From a virus: a DNA stretch of 64,000 nucleotides. Shown in pieces: positions 44,414 through 53,685 of the stretch. The stretch lies in IMG/VR virus record IMGVR_UViG_3300006149_000007; one strand, written 5' to 3'. A program made the position numbers and the translations under genes. The first letter of the stretch is position 1; each line of letters starts with the position of its first letter. The notes beneath the pieces are model-generated. The model had not been told where the DNA came from, made no database searches, and saw only the letters and a list, made by a program, of their open reading frames with translations.

Positions 44414-45067
44414 ATGTTGGTGGAAACGAGAAAATTAAACAAAAGAGAAATCAATGTTGTTACAAGCCTTGATGTGTCTGAAACATTTGAGAAGGAACAT
44501 AGAAATGTATTAGCTGATATTCGCAATATTCAAAGCGAAATTAGTACCGCTGAATTTTCAGCTCTATTCTTTGAAGATGAATACAAGGCTTCTAACGGAA
44601 AGAAGAACCCCATGTATTACATGAACCGAGACGGGTTTACACTTCTTGTAATGGGTTATACCGGAGAAAAAGCCATGAGGTTTAAGTTGGCGTACATCAA
44701 TCAGTTTAACCAGATGGAGGAACTTCTCAAAGGCAAACTAATTGAAAGAGAAAAAGGAATTGTAGTTCGTCAGGCTTTTACAAAGGCATTAAAACAAAGT
44801 GGTGAAAATGAACGTATGCACAACCACGCATATTCGACTTACACTGACTTGATTTATAAAGTGGTATTTGGAAAGAACGCTAAACAGCTAAGAGAAGAAT
44901 ACGGAATAACCAAGCAGGATAATTTAAGGGATTTATTTGCACAGGAAGAGCTTGCAAAGGTAAAGTCTGTTGAAATGGTTGTCAGCGGTCTTATGGATTG
45001 CGGCTGGGGTTATGATGATATAAAAGCATTTGTAATGAATGGAGCGAAAAAGTTGATAGCAGCTTAG
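44414..45067 (+). CDS. Rha-family regulatory protein / antirepressor
   Basis: VVTSLDVSETFEKEHRNVLADIRNI...YYMNRDGFTLLVMGYTGEKAMRFKLAYINQFNQME. Confidence 0.7.
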   Translation: MLVETRKLNKREINVVTSLDVSETFEKEHRNVLADIRNIQSEISTAEFSALFFEDEYKASNGKKNPMYYMNRDGFTLLVMGYTGEKAMRFKLAYINQFNQMEELLKGKLIEREKGIVVRQAFTKALKQSGENERMHNHAYSTYTDLIYKVVFGKNAKQLREEYGITKQDNLRDLFAQEELAKVKSVEMVVSGLMDCGWGYDDIKAFVMNGAKKLIAA

Positions 45068-45099
45068 AATTTCAATACAGTTAATAAACATGGTAATTA

Positions 45100-45158
45100 C
45101 AGCAAAGATAGGGTCGCTCCCGAAAACGTCAAGCCTTAGGCGCTGCTTTGCTGTTTTT
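45100..45158 (+). terminator. terminator-like long hairpin
   Basis: CAGCAAAG...CTTTGCTG followed by TTTTT. Confidence 0.4.
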
Positions 45159-45183
45159 ATAAACAAGGTGAATTTACAGAAAG

Positions 45184-45981
45184 GTGGTAAATACTGTGAA
45201 TGATTTAATTATTAAAAATGTACCGTTTTGCCAAGCTGAATTATTGGCGGTACAGGATAAGGAAACAGGAAAGATTTATGCAGGAATAAACTGCATATTA
45301 AAAGAACTTGGATTTGATGATAGGCAGATTGAGTACAGGAGAAATAAATGGAATGATGATAAAATTATTTCCAAAGGGGTACAAAAATTTTCGTACCCAT
45401 CAGAAAACAGAGGGTATCAAGAGACGTACTGCATAGACATTAAGAAACTTCCTATTGCTCTTGCTAAAATTGAGATTACGCCTAAAATGGAAAAGAAAAT
45501 ACCAGAACTATCTGTTAGATTAGAGAAGTATCAAGATGAATGTGCGGATATTTTGGCAGAAGCTTTTATCCCTATATTCAAGAAGAAATCAGCCATAGAA
45601 GAATTACAGGAAATACAAACCAGAGCTATTCTTGAGGTTAATGAGAAAGTTGGAGAAGTGGAAAACAGGGTAACAAAACTTGAAAACAACATGACAATAA
45701 CCCATGAGCAGATACAGATAATTAAGAATCGAGTAAATGCAAAGATTGTAAAAGATATTTTAGGCGGATATGAAAATAATGCTTATAATGATATACATTT
45801 AAGAGGAAAAGTTTACAGTCGATTCAACAAAGACTACTGTGATTACTTCCGCATAAACGCAAGAGCGAATACATTAGCTTCAAAATTTGATGAAGCTTTG
45901 CACTACATAGATATGTGGGAACCGGACACAAATATAAAGCTGACAATACAATATGCCAATGCTCAAATGAATATTTCTTAG
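45184..45981 (+). CDS. P22 Ant-like antirepressor (N-terminal AR domain plus ORF6C-like C-terminus)
   Basis: VPFCQAELLAVQDKETGKIYAGINCILKELGFDDRQ...LPIALAKIEI...LEKYQDECADILAEAF. Confidence 0.55.
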   Translation: MVNTVNDLIIKNVPFCQAELLAVQDKETGKIYAGINCILKELGFDDRQIEYRRNKWNDDKIISKGVQKFSYPSENRGYQETYCIDIKKLPIALAKIEITPKMEKKIPELSVRLEKYQDECADILAEAFIPIFKKKSAIEELQEIQTRAILEVNEKVGEVENRVTKLENNMTITHEQIQIIKNRVNAKIVKDILGGYENNAYNDIHLRGKVYSRFNKDYCDYFRINARANTLASKFDEALHYIDMWEPDTNIKLTIQYANAQMNIS

Positions 45982-46018
45982 AATATTTTTAGAATCTGGC
46001 GAAAGATGACTATATTGA

Positions 46019-46744
46019 ATGAAGAAATGTTTTAAACATATGCAAGAATTAAAAATTTTTGAGAAAGAAGAGTTTGGAGCAGTAAGAATTGTAATAGTTG
46101 AGGATGAACCGTGGTTTGTGGCGAGTGACATTTGCAAAGCATTGGAAATCCAGAATGTGACGCAGGCGGTTCAGAAGTTAGATGATGATGAACGGTCTAT
46201 GTTCAACATAGGGCGTCAAGGAAGTGCCAATTGCGTGAACGAATACGGATTATACAACCTTGTATTGTCGAGCCGAAAGAAAGAAGCTAGGGAATTTAAG
46301 CGGTGGATAACCCACGAGGTACTCCCATCAATCCGCAAGCATGGAATTTATGCAACCGATAATGTGATTGATGAAATTCTGAACAATCCTGACTTTGGTA
46401 TAGAACTTCTGACAAAATTAAAAGAAGAGCGAAAAGCAAGGGTTGAAGCAGAGAAAAAGAACGCTATCCTTATGCACGTCAATAAGACATACACCATGAC
46501 AGAAATAGCCAAAGAGTTAAATTTAAAATCAGCAACGGAGCTTAATAAAATACTTGCGGAAAAGAAAGTGCAATACAAGGTAAATGATACATGGGTACTA
46601 TACTCTGATTATAGCAATTTGGGTTATGAGGACATCAAACAGGAAGTTCTTGATAATGGAAAAGTTATCTATCATAGAAAAATAACGCAAACAGGAAGAA
46701 AATTTATACTGGGATTGTTTAATAATCAAAAATATGTGAAATAA
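46019..46744 (+). CDS. BRO-N / KilA-C antirepressor
   Basis: FGAVRIVIVEDEPWFVASDICKALEI...EFKRWITHEVLPSIRKHGIY is a Bro-N domain. The C-terminus is a KilAC-like HTH. Confidence 0.75.
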   Translation: MKKCFKHMQELKIFEKEEFGAVRIVIVEDEPWFVASDICKALEIQNVTQAVQKLDDDERSMFNIGRQGSANCVNEYGLYNLVLSSRKKEAREFKRWITHEVLPSIRKHGIYATDNVIDEILNNPDFGIELLTKLKEERKARVEAEKKNAILMHVNKTYTMTEIAKELNLKSATELNKILAEKKVQYKVNDTWVLYSDYSNLGYEDIKQEVLDNGKVIYHRKITQTGRKFILGLFNNQKYVK

Positions 46745-46766
46745 AATTAAAAGATATTGAATATAT

Positions 46767-46796
46767 CGGCGGCATCTAAAATAGATGCTGCTTTTG
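46767..46796 (+). terminator. rho-independent terminator
   Basis: CGGCGGCATCT/AGATGCTGCT stem followed by TTTT. Confidence 0.6.
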
Positions 46797-46860
46797 TTAT
46801 ATAAAACAGAAGCATTTTAGTAAAATTGTAGATTATATTTTTGAAATAGGAGGTATAAGA

Positions 46861-47244
46861 ATGATTCTGGAATACAGGGAAGATAATGCTGACGATTTTA
46901 TATGGCATATGATTGAATCAGACCATATAGCGAAAAGCTGTTTCCACATTGAAGAAGATATGAAAATGTTGTCCGAAAAATCAGGAGACAGCGTATCTGA
47001 CAATTTTCATGAAATACACAACATTGCAAAGAAGATGATGAACAAGGCAGGATATTGTTCATATTTTTACACACATCTTCATGCCACAAACAAAGAAAAA
47101 ATAACGTACATAAAAGAAATTGTAATGATTGTACTGGACAGGAATAAAGGAACTGAAATTCATTTCTTTGATTCAGAATATCCGTTCAGAATTTGCTCTA
47201 AAGACGGAACAATAGTAGAAGAATCAATGCATTTTAAAATTTAA
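46861..47244 (+). CDS. hypothetical protein
   Basis: 127-aa ORF with RBS AGGAGG. Confidence 0.5.
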   Translation: MILEYREDNADDFIWHMIESDHIAKSCFHIEEDMKMLSEKSGDSVSDNFHEIHNIAKKMMNKAGYCSYFYTHLHATNKEKITYIKEIVMIVLDRNKGTEIHFFDSEYPFRICSKDGTIVEESMHFKI

Positions 47245-47246
47245 AC

Positions 47247-47269
47247 TGGCTCCCCGTTTTGAGGAGCCA
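47247..47269. terminator. bidirectional hairpin between convergent genes
   Basis: TGGCTCC/GGAGCCA stem. Confidence 0.45.
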
Positions 47270-47275
47270 TGAGAA

Positions 47276-47467
47276 TTATTCCTTGATTGAGTTAAGTATG
47301 GAACATTGTCTTGGGTGATGACAGCACCCAGTAACACTTGAAAATTCACAGATAAGTCTGCCGTTTTCAAATTTGTTTGGTTCATCTTCCAGCGTGGAAG
47401 TTGATATTTTCTCGAACTCAACAGAATAATTTCTTTTCTGCTTATTACAGAAACCATGATAAACCAT
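47276..47467 (-). CDS. small hypothetical protein
   Basis: 63 aa. Strong minus-strand RBS GAAAGGAGGTG lies 6 nt before the ATG. Confidence 0.45.
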   Translation of the reverse strand: MVYHGFCNKQKRNYSVEFEKISTSTLEDEPNKFENGRLICEFSSVTGCCHHPRQCSILNSIKE

Positions 47468-47543
47468 AGACGCACCTCCTTTCTTTCGTGATACCCTGAT
47501 TATACCACAGATATAGAAGAATGAAATTTTTGTTTTACACCAT

Positions 47544-47572
47544 TCGACAAGATTTCCTTTTTATGGTATAAT
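47544..47572 (+). promoter_or_regulatory. promoter P1 of a repeated promoter family
   Basis: TCGACA, 17-bp spacer, TGgTATAAT. Confidence 0.55.
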
Positions 47573-47599
47573 GTGGAAAACACGAAAGAGGGATAATGA

Positions 47600-48469
47600 A
47601 TGAAAAAACTAATATATAATGAAAATACCAAAGAAATAGATGTTATGGAGCAAAAAAATTGTTCAGAGAAAGAGAAACCGAAAGGATTTAAAGCATGGTT
47701 AAAAAATAATAAGATTTTCTTTGAAATTTTTTCTTTATTTTTCGTTGGAGTTATGAGTATTATATTGTCTGTGGTTGGATTACGAATAAATAAAAAAACT
47801 GCGGAAATATATCAAAAGCAATTAAAAATCGAGGAAGATAATAGAGAACCACTTTTTCAATTAAAGACCGAATTGATTAATGAAAACATTGAAAAAAATC
47901 AAAAAGAATACCGACATATAATAAAAAATGAAGGAGGGAGTATTTCATATGCTACTGCAATGATTAGAAAATATATAGAAGTTGGAATTATATCCATAGA
48001 AGGTAAAGAAATAATTGAACCAATTATTTTTAGAGCTCCAATTTCTGATAGACATTATACAGAAACAAGATTTGGCGTTCAGTATAATGAGTTTGATAAA
48101 AATTTTGTTTTGCATGAAATTGATTGCAAAGAAGATATGCTTACATTTAGTGATGAGTTATCAGGTAGGATTGCATTACTTATAGATGATACTAGGTTCT
48201 ATAGTAGTGGTATACACACATATATAGAAATTGTTTATAATGATTATCAAAACAAGCAAGTTAAAGAAAAATATGAAATAAATAATGTTTATTTTACTAA
48301 AGGCGATAAACAATATTATACTAAAAGCATGTCACCAGAGTATGATGAAGATAATATTATATATTTAGATGAAGTAAATGAAAATAATATGGAATCTATT
48401 GCCAAACAGGCGAAAAAAGAGTTTGACCGACGCTGGAATTTAGAAGAAAATCAAAATATTGAGAAATAA
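47600..48469 (+). CDS. single-pass membrane protein
   Basis: 289 aa with TM segment IFFEIFSLFFVGVMSIILSVVGL; very AT-rich. Confidence 0.55.
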   Translation: MKKLIYNENTKEIDVMEQKNCSEKEKPKGFKAWLKNNKIFFEIFSLFFVGVMSIILSVVGLRINKKTAEIYQKQLKIEEDNREPLFQLKTELINENIEKNQKEYRHIIKNEGGSISYATAMIRKYIEVGIISIEGKEIIEPIIFRAPISDRHYTETRFGVQYNEFDKNFVLHEIDCKEDMLTFSDELSGRIALLIDDTRFYSSGIHTYIEIVYNDYQNKQVKEKYEINNVYFTKGDKQYYTKSMSPEYDEDNIIYLDEVNENNMESIAKQAKKEFDRRWNLEENQNIEK

Positions 48470-48504
48470 AAATATTTATTTTTCAACTTTCTTTCCGGTA
48501 CTAC

Positions 48505-48533
48505 CTGACAAATATTCCCTATCATGGTATAAT
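48505..48533 (+). promoter_or_regulatory. promoter P2 of a repeated promoter family
   Basis: CTGACA, 17-bp spacer, TGgTATAAT. Confidence 0.55.
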
Positions 48534-48556
48534 ACAAAAAAACAAAAGAAAGGGAG

Positions 48557-49036
48557 ATGTACATGGCGTTAATTAAGTGTCCTGAATGTGGAAAGATGAT
48601 ATCCGATATGACAGATAAATGTACTGATTGTGGATATCCTATATATTTAATGAAAAGAACAATAAAAAAATGCCCATTTTGTGGCGGAATAAATTATGGA
48701 TATGATTCAACTTGCAAGAACTGTGGCGGAGAATTAGAATTAGAGCCAGAAGACACAAAATTGAATAGTGTTTCGCAATCATATAGAATTAAACACCAAA
48801 GCGAAAAGATTCAGGAAAATATACGTGTTGTCACAATATACGGAAAAGCAGTAAATAAATACGTAGCGTTACTATTGTGTATATTTTTTGGATATTTTGG
48901 TGCACATAAATTTTATGAAGGAAAAACAATCATGGGATTAATCTATTTATTTACATTAGGATTGTTTGGATTTGGTTGGCTTATAGATATTATAATTATT
49001 GCGACAAATCCGAATCCATATTATGTACAAACATGA
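48557..49036 (+). CDS. double zinc-ribbon plus TM2-domain membrane protein
   Basis: CPECG..CTDCG and CPFCGG..CKNCGG, then LLCIFFGYFGAHKFYEGKTIMGLIYLFTLGLFGFGWLIDIIII, a TM2 domain. Confidence 0.65.
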   Translation: MYMALIKCPECGKMISDMTDKCTDCGYPIYLMKRTIKKCPFCGGINYGYDSTCKNCGGELELEPEDTKLNSVSQSYRIKHQSEKIQENIRVVTIYGKAVNKYVALLLCIFFGYFGAHKFYEGKTIMGLIYLFTLGLFGFGWLIDIIIIATNPNPYYVQT

Positions 49037-49122
49037 ATCCAAAACAGAAAATTGTTATGAGGTAGCAGGATTTTGTTTTTTGCTATCTTTTGGCAAAATT
49101 TTAAATTTTCTCTTGACAATAA

Positions 49123-49151
49123 CTGACAAATTCTTCCTTTTGTGGTATAGT
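49123..49151 (+). promoter_or_regulatory. promoter P3 of a repeated promoter family
   Basis: CTGACA, 17-bp spacer, TGgTATAGT. Confidence 0.55.
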
Positions 49152-49182
49152 TAAGAAAACTACGAAAGGAAGAAATTTTGAT

Positions 49183-51096
49183 ATGGGGCTATTTGGGAAC
49201 TCAAAGCAAAATAAAGAAATTATAAATAACTTTTCATCTCAAATATTGAAACAACAAGAAATTATAGATAACTTAACAAAGGAAAATACTTTACTAAGAA
49301 AAGAATATAATAAAAATAAATCAAAAAAAGAACCTAAAGATAGTATATTCGAATTAAACAATGGGGAATATACCGGAGGTGTTGAAATACCTGCTGGAAT
49401 ATATGATTTGAAAATTTTATTTGGTTATGGAACTATGGAAATAAAAAGTTTTAACCGAATTTTTTTCAGACTATCAGAAGAAACTATTGAAAATTCAACA
49501 GAATACAACTGTGTAAGTATTTACAGAGGAACATATATAAAAATAGAAGGATATGTAAAAGTACAATTTAAACTTAGCGAATATAGTCTTTTAGAAAAAG
49601 AAGTCAAAAATCTCAGAAAGGAAAAGTTTGAATTAATAAAGGATATAGAGTATATAAGGGAATTAAAAAGTTCTGATAAAACAAATTCTAAAAATAAATT
49701 TGTTTTATGTGCAGGCAAATATAGAGGTGATATTGATATTCCTGTTGGCATGTATTCTTTGAAAATAATATCTGGGTACGGATTAGTAGAAATAGACAAA
49801 CCAGATGATATTTGGTTCTGGATGTATTCAGACGAAAAAGAGGCGAAGAAAAATGGTGGTACTAAAACATATAAAAACCTTGAAATTAGTGAAAAAAGTA
49901 TATTAAAAATTGGAGAAAGCGCAACAATAGAATTTTCTGCATCAAAAAAATGTGATTTTTCAGAAGAATATATTGATAGCAAGGAAGAAACTGAAACAAG
50001 ACTGCCTGAAATTAAAGAAGAACTTGAATCAGAAAAATATGATATAGAATATGAATTAAATATTTTAAAAGAAGAATTAAAAAGATTAAACGATGAATGT
50101 ATAAGAAAATATTATCAATTTTCTTCTTATGAATCCTTAACATCTCAAGATTGCAAAAACGAACTTGCTGTATTGAAACAGCAAGAAATCAGAATGAGAA
50201 GAGAAGAAAAAGATATTACCAAGCAAAATGGTGTAAAAATGGAAGCAAAAGATAAAAGAATTGTAAGGCAAATGCTTAGAACATTTAATGCTGAATGTGA
50301 TAATATTATGATGAACATTTCTTTGAAAAATATTGACAGAGCGAGAAATCAGATACAAAAGTCTTTTGAAACTATTAACACTATATATACAAATGGAAAT
50401 TGGCTTAGTCATTCTTTGCTGGAATTGAAATTACAACAAGTTACCTTAATGTACACATATGAATTGAAATATGAGCAAGAAAAAGAAATTCAAAAAGCAA
50501 TCAAAGAACAAATGATTGAAGAAGCAAAGGCAGAAAAAGAGATTGAGCAGCAAAAGAAAAAGATAGAAAAAGATTTACAGCAGCATTTAAGTGAAGTAAA
50601 TCGAATGATGAAGTATATGCAAAAAACGCAGATAGATGTTGAAAAACAGTTATACATGGATAAGATAAAAGAATTGGAAGAAAAGATAAAACTTCTCGAA
50701 GCTGATAAAGAAACAGTATCAGAAAGGCAAGCCAATGCTAAGGCCGGATTTGTTTACATTATATCAAATATAGGTTCTTTTGGAGAAGGTATATATAAAA
50801 TTGGAATGACAAGGCGACTTGAACCTATGGAAAGAATAAGAGAGCTAAGTTCTGCTTCTGTTCCGTTTGAATTTGATGTACATGCTATGATATTTAGCAG
50901 TAATGCGCCAGAACTGGAAACCATTTTACATAAACATTTTTCTGACAGAGCAGTTAATAAAGTAAACCCAAGAAAAGAATTTTTTAGAGTAGATATTGAT
51001 GAAATAGAGAGAGTAGTTAAGGAAAATTATAATGATACTGTGCAGTTTACAAAGATACCAGTAGCGACAGAATACAGACAGTCTATGGATTCTTAA
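49183..51096 (+). CDS. DUF4041-like coiled-coil protein with C-terminal T5orf172 (GIY-YIG-related) domain
   Basis: C-terminus GFVYIISNIGSFGEGIYKIGMTRRLEPMERIRELSSASVPFEFDVHAMIFS...EFFRV. The N-terminus has two G.Y.G..DIP.G.Y beta-repeats. Confidence 0.65.
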   Translation: MGLFGNSKQNKEIINNFSSQILKQQEIIDNLTKENTLLRKEYNKNKSKKEPKDSIFELNNGEYTGGVEIPAGIYDLKILFGYGTMEIKSFNRIFFRLSEETIENSTEYNCVSIYRGTYIKIEGYVKVQFKLSEYSLLEKEVKNLRKEKFELIKDIEYIRELKSSDKTNSKNKFVLCAGKYRGDIDIPVGMYSLKIISGYGLVEIDKPDDIWFWMYSDEKEAKKNGGTKTYKNLEISEKSILKIGESATIEFSASKKCDFSEEYIDSKEETETRLPEIKEELESEKYDIEYELNILKEELKRLNDECIRKYYQFSSYESLTSQDCKNELAVLKQQEIRMRREEKDITKQNGVKMEAKDKRIVRQMLRTFNAECDNIMMNISLKNIDRARNQIQKSFETINTIYTNGNWLSHSLLELKLQQVTLMYTYELKYEQEKEIQKAIKEQMIEEAKAEKEIEQQKKKIEKDLQQHLSEVNRMMKYMQKTQIDVEKQLYMDKIKELEEKIKLLEADKETVSERQANAKAGFVYIISNIGSFGEGIYKIGMTRRLEPMERIRELSSASVPFEFDVHAMIFSSNAPELETILHKHFSDRAVNKVNPRKEFFRVDIDEIERVVKENYNDTVQFTKIPVATEYRQSMDS

Positions 51097-51271
51097 AATG
51101 GAATGTAAAATTTTTAAATTTTCCTCAATAATAAATAACGAAAGGATTAATTTTATTTATGAAAAGACTAATGATTATGTTGCCGATGTGTAATATTCCT
51201 CTTATAACTTATAGAATTGAAGGGTATTGCAAAAATAAAATAATGATAAAAAACTAAATGGAGGATTACTT

Positions 51272-52213
51272 ATGAAACGAAAGAAATTTATTAATTTGCT
51301 AATGTCTTTGTTGTTAATATGTTCTCTGTCTGCATGTTCAAAAAAATCAGAAAATAAACCAGAACAACAAAAAGAAACCGAAAGTCAATCAAAAGAAGAA
51401 ATCAAAAAATCAGAAGATGACATTACTGAGTTTGAAAAGATAAAGGAGTCAATTTTTGAAGAAGCAAGAAAAGAATCAAATTCTGATGAAACTTTATTGT
51501 ATTTGGTGCAATTATTTGAAGAAACTTATTCATTAGTTTCAAAAGTAAATACTTGGGAGGAGTTTATAGAAATAGGAGACGACAAAGGAATATTTACTTA
51601 TGCAATAGCTTGTTTTGTAGAAAAATCAAAAGATGGAACAATATTACATGAAGCAGGAGAAGAAGCTTGGCAGGCAATAGAAGCTTTATATAATAATGAT
51701 GGTTCATACAAAACTCATATAGAAAAAGTAAAATCCATTTGGGAAGAAAGCGGAAATTTTTTATATGAATCGATTTATCGTGAAGGTCAATACAAAGTAG
51801 GAGTTGATATTCCTTCGGGCGAATATGTGATTTTTTCGGGTTATACAAATTCGGGTTATTTTTCACTTACATCAGATTCTAACGGGAACGATATAATAGC
51901 AAATGAAAACTTTGATTATAATTCAATAATAACTATATATGACGGAGAATATATAGAGCTATCGAGAAGCAAAGCGGTTCCTATATCAGAAGTTACAAGC
52001 CTTCCAAAAGATAAATCGGATATGTTTAAAATCGGAGTTCATTTGCCTGCTGGAGAATATAAACTTATAGCCGATGAAGTTGGTGGGTATTATTGTGTAT
52101 ATAATGATAATAGGCAGCAAGACATAGAATCTAATGATAATTTTAGTGGGCAATCTTATGTTACTGTTAAAGACGGTCAATATTTAGTTTTGTCAAGATG
52201 CAGAATAGAGTAA
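51272..52213 (+). CDS. lipoprotein with two G.Y.VG.DIP.GEY repeats
   Basis: Lipobox LSAC. Repeats QYKVGVDIPSGEYVIF and FKIGVHLPAGEYKLI resemble those in the 49183 protein. Confidence 0.6.
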   Translation: MKRKKFINLLMSLLLICSLSACSKKSENKPEQQKETESQSKEEIKKSEDDITEFEKIKESIFEEARKESNSDETLLYLVQLFEETYSLVSKVNTWEEFIEIGDDKGIFTYAIACFVEKSKDGTILHEAGEEAWQAIEALYNNDGSYKTHIEKVKSIWEESGNFLYESIYREGQYKVGVDIPSGEYVIFSGYTNSGYFSLTSDSNGNDIIANENFDYNSIITIYDGEYIELSRSKAVPISEVTSLPKDKSDMFKIGVHLPAGEYKLIADEVGGYYCVYNDNRQQDIESNDNFSGQSYVTVKDGQYLVLSRCRIE

Positions 52214-52248
52214 TGTTAAAATAAAAATATAATTTTTCAAATTTCCTC

Positions 52249-52278
52249 TTGACAAAATGTAGCAACATAATATATAAT
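52249..52278 (+). promoter_or_regulatory. sigma-A-type promoter
   Basis: TTGACA, 18-bp spacer, TATAAT. Confidence 0.5.
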
Positions 52279-52314
52279 TAAATCGTAACCAAAATTTGAA
52301 AGGAGGTTGATAGC

Positions 52315-52494
52315 GTGTCACCCAGAACGGGGCAAAAAATCAAAGACAACCCGAAAGATTTTATGCTTAGAACAAGACTTGATAGCGAAACACTTGAAAA
52401 ATTGGATTATTCTGCTGAAAAGTTTGGCGTAAGTCGGTCAGAGGTTGTCAGAAATGGTATCGAAAGTGAATACCAAAAAGCAAGAGAACAGTAA
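52315..52494 (+). CDS. ribbon-helix-helix protein (copy 1, 59 aa)
   Basis: GTG start after AGGAGG. Reads VSPRTGQKIKDNPKDFMLRTRLDSETLEKLDYSAEKFGVSRSEVVRNGIE. Confidence 0.5.
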   Translation: MSPRTGQKIKDNPKDFMLRTRLDSETLEKLDYSAEKFGVSRSEVVRNGIESEYQKAREQ

Positions 52495-52624
52495 AAGAGC
52501 AATCGGCATAACTTGGCGGTCAGCGATTGCTCAATCCCAACACCCTAAAAAAGTGTCTATTGATATAATACCACTTTTTTTAGGGAATGTCAAAAACATT
52601 TTTTAGAAAGGTGGTATTTTTTTA

Positions 52625-52720
52625 ATGAGCAGCAAAGAAAACAACGAAGAAACTGAAAACATCACACCAGAACCAATCACAACCGAACATCTTGCTCTTG
52701 AGGTTTTGAAAATTTTTTAA
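52625..52720 (+). pseudogene. truncated copy of the 53100 gene
   Basis: MSSKENNEETENITPEPITTEHLALEVLKIF stop. It shares TTEHLALE(I/V)LK with the 53100..53372 product but lacks the TM segment and C-terminus. Confidence 0.4.
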
Positions 52721-52729
52721 AATTAGGGG

Positions 52730-52770
52730 TTGACTTGTGCCCGTACTAATGTTAATATAAATGTACGGGC
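52730..52770 (+). promoter_or_regulatory. promoter with flanking 8-bp inverted repeat
   Basis: TTGACT, 17-bp spacer, TAATAT. GCCCGTAC (52739-46) and GTACGGGC (52763-70) bracket the -10 box. Confidence 0.5.
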
Positions 52771-52787
52771 GAAAGTGAGGTGATAAA

Positions 52788-52967
52788 GTGTCGCCACGTA
52801 CAGGCAGACCAACAGCCAATAAAAAGACAGAACGGTTAGAGATACGTCTTGCACCTGATGAATTAGAACTGATAGAGAAATGTTCTGAAATTCTTGGAAT
52901 TAGTAAAACAGATGTAATAAATAAAGGTGTAAAATTGGTGAAGGCTGAAATTGACAAGCAAAAATAA
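52788..52967 (+). CDS. ribbon-helix-helix protein (copy 2, 59 aa)
   Basis: VSPRTGRPTANKKTERLEIRLAPDELELIEKCSEILGISKTDVINKGV. Confidence 0.5.
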   Translation: MSPRTGRPTANKKTERLEIRLAPDELELIEKCSEILGISKTDVINKGVKLVKAEIDKQK

Positions 52968-53099
52968 GAGTAATCGCTCAACCTACCACAGCATTGCGAT
53001 TACCCTTGTTGGCACCAGAGGTTTCCCACTGATAAATCTAATTATATCAGATATGGAAGCCTCTTTCAAGAACTTTTTTTGAAGGAGGTATTATTTTAA

Positions 53100-53372
53100 A
53101 TGAATGACAATGAAAAGATTACAACCGAGCATCTCGCTCTTGAAATCCTGAAGCAGGAGCAGGAAAAATCAAAGGCGAAGAACGTCGGCATTATCAGCTT
53201 AACCGTAGCAGTAGTCATCATCGCTATCGGAATGGCGCTTATCAACTACCAGAACGACCACGAATGGCGTGCTTTATTCGATTCCTACGACTTTATCTCA
53301 CAAGACGGTGAAGGCTTCAACAACGTTAATTCTGGCACACAAGGCAATCTGGATAATTCAGACGCAGAATAG
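53100..53372 (+). CDS. single-TM small protein
   Basis: 90 aa with TM segment IISLTVAVVIIAIGMALI. Confidence 0.5.
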   Translation: MNDNEKITTEHLALEILKQEQEKSKAKNVGIISLTVAVVIIAIGMALINYQNDHEWRALFDSYDFISQDGEGFNNVNSGTQGNLDNSDAE

Positions 53373-53382
53373 GGGGTGTGGC

Positions 53383-53568
53383 ATGAAAAGAACAGTAAAG
53401 CAGAGAGTTGATGAATACGTCAAGAAACACCCTGAAGTCCATAGTAGCCTTTTGGTTATGGATATGAATGATATAAGGGAACTCGGAAACATGGTTGATG
53501 TTATCAGTACCGCATTTGCTTATGGCTACATGAAGGGCGCAAAGGCGAAGAAAGGCGGTGCAAGATGA
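53383..53568 (+). CDS. hypothetical protein
   Basis: 61 aa from ATG 53383, after GGGGG. Confidence 0.4.
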   Translation: MKRTVKQRVDEYVKKHPEVHSSLLVMDMNDIRELGNMVDVISTAFAYGYMKGAKAKKGGAR

Positions 53569-53672
53569 TAGCTTATAAAGCAGCTTTATTAAAACTTCTT
53601 GACCGCTTGTCAGACAAGTCAATCAAGCGTTTGTATCAGCTTGCAGAGTATCTTTATGTTTATAAAGAGTAG
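53565..53672 (+). CDS. small hypothetical protein (35 aa)
   Basis: ATGA coupling to the upstream gene. Confidence 0.25.
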   Translation: MIAYKAALLKLLDRLSDKSIKRLYQLAEYLYVYKE

Positions 53673-53685
53673 GAGGTGTGAAAAA

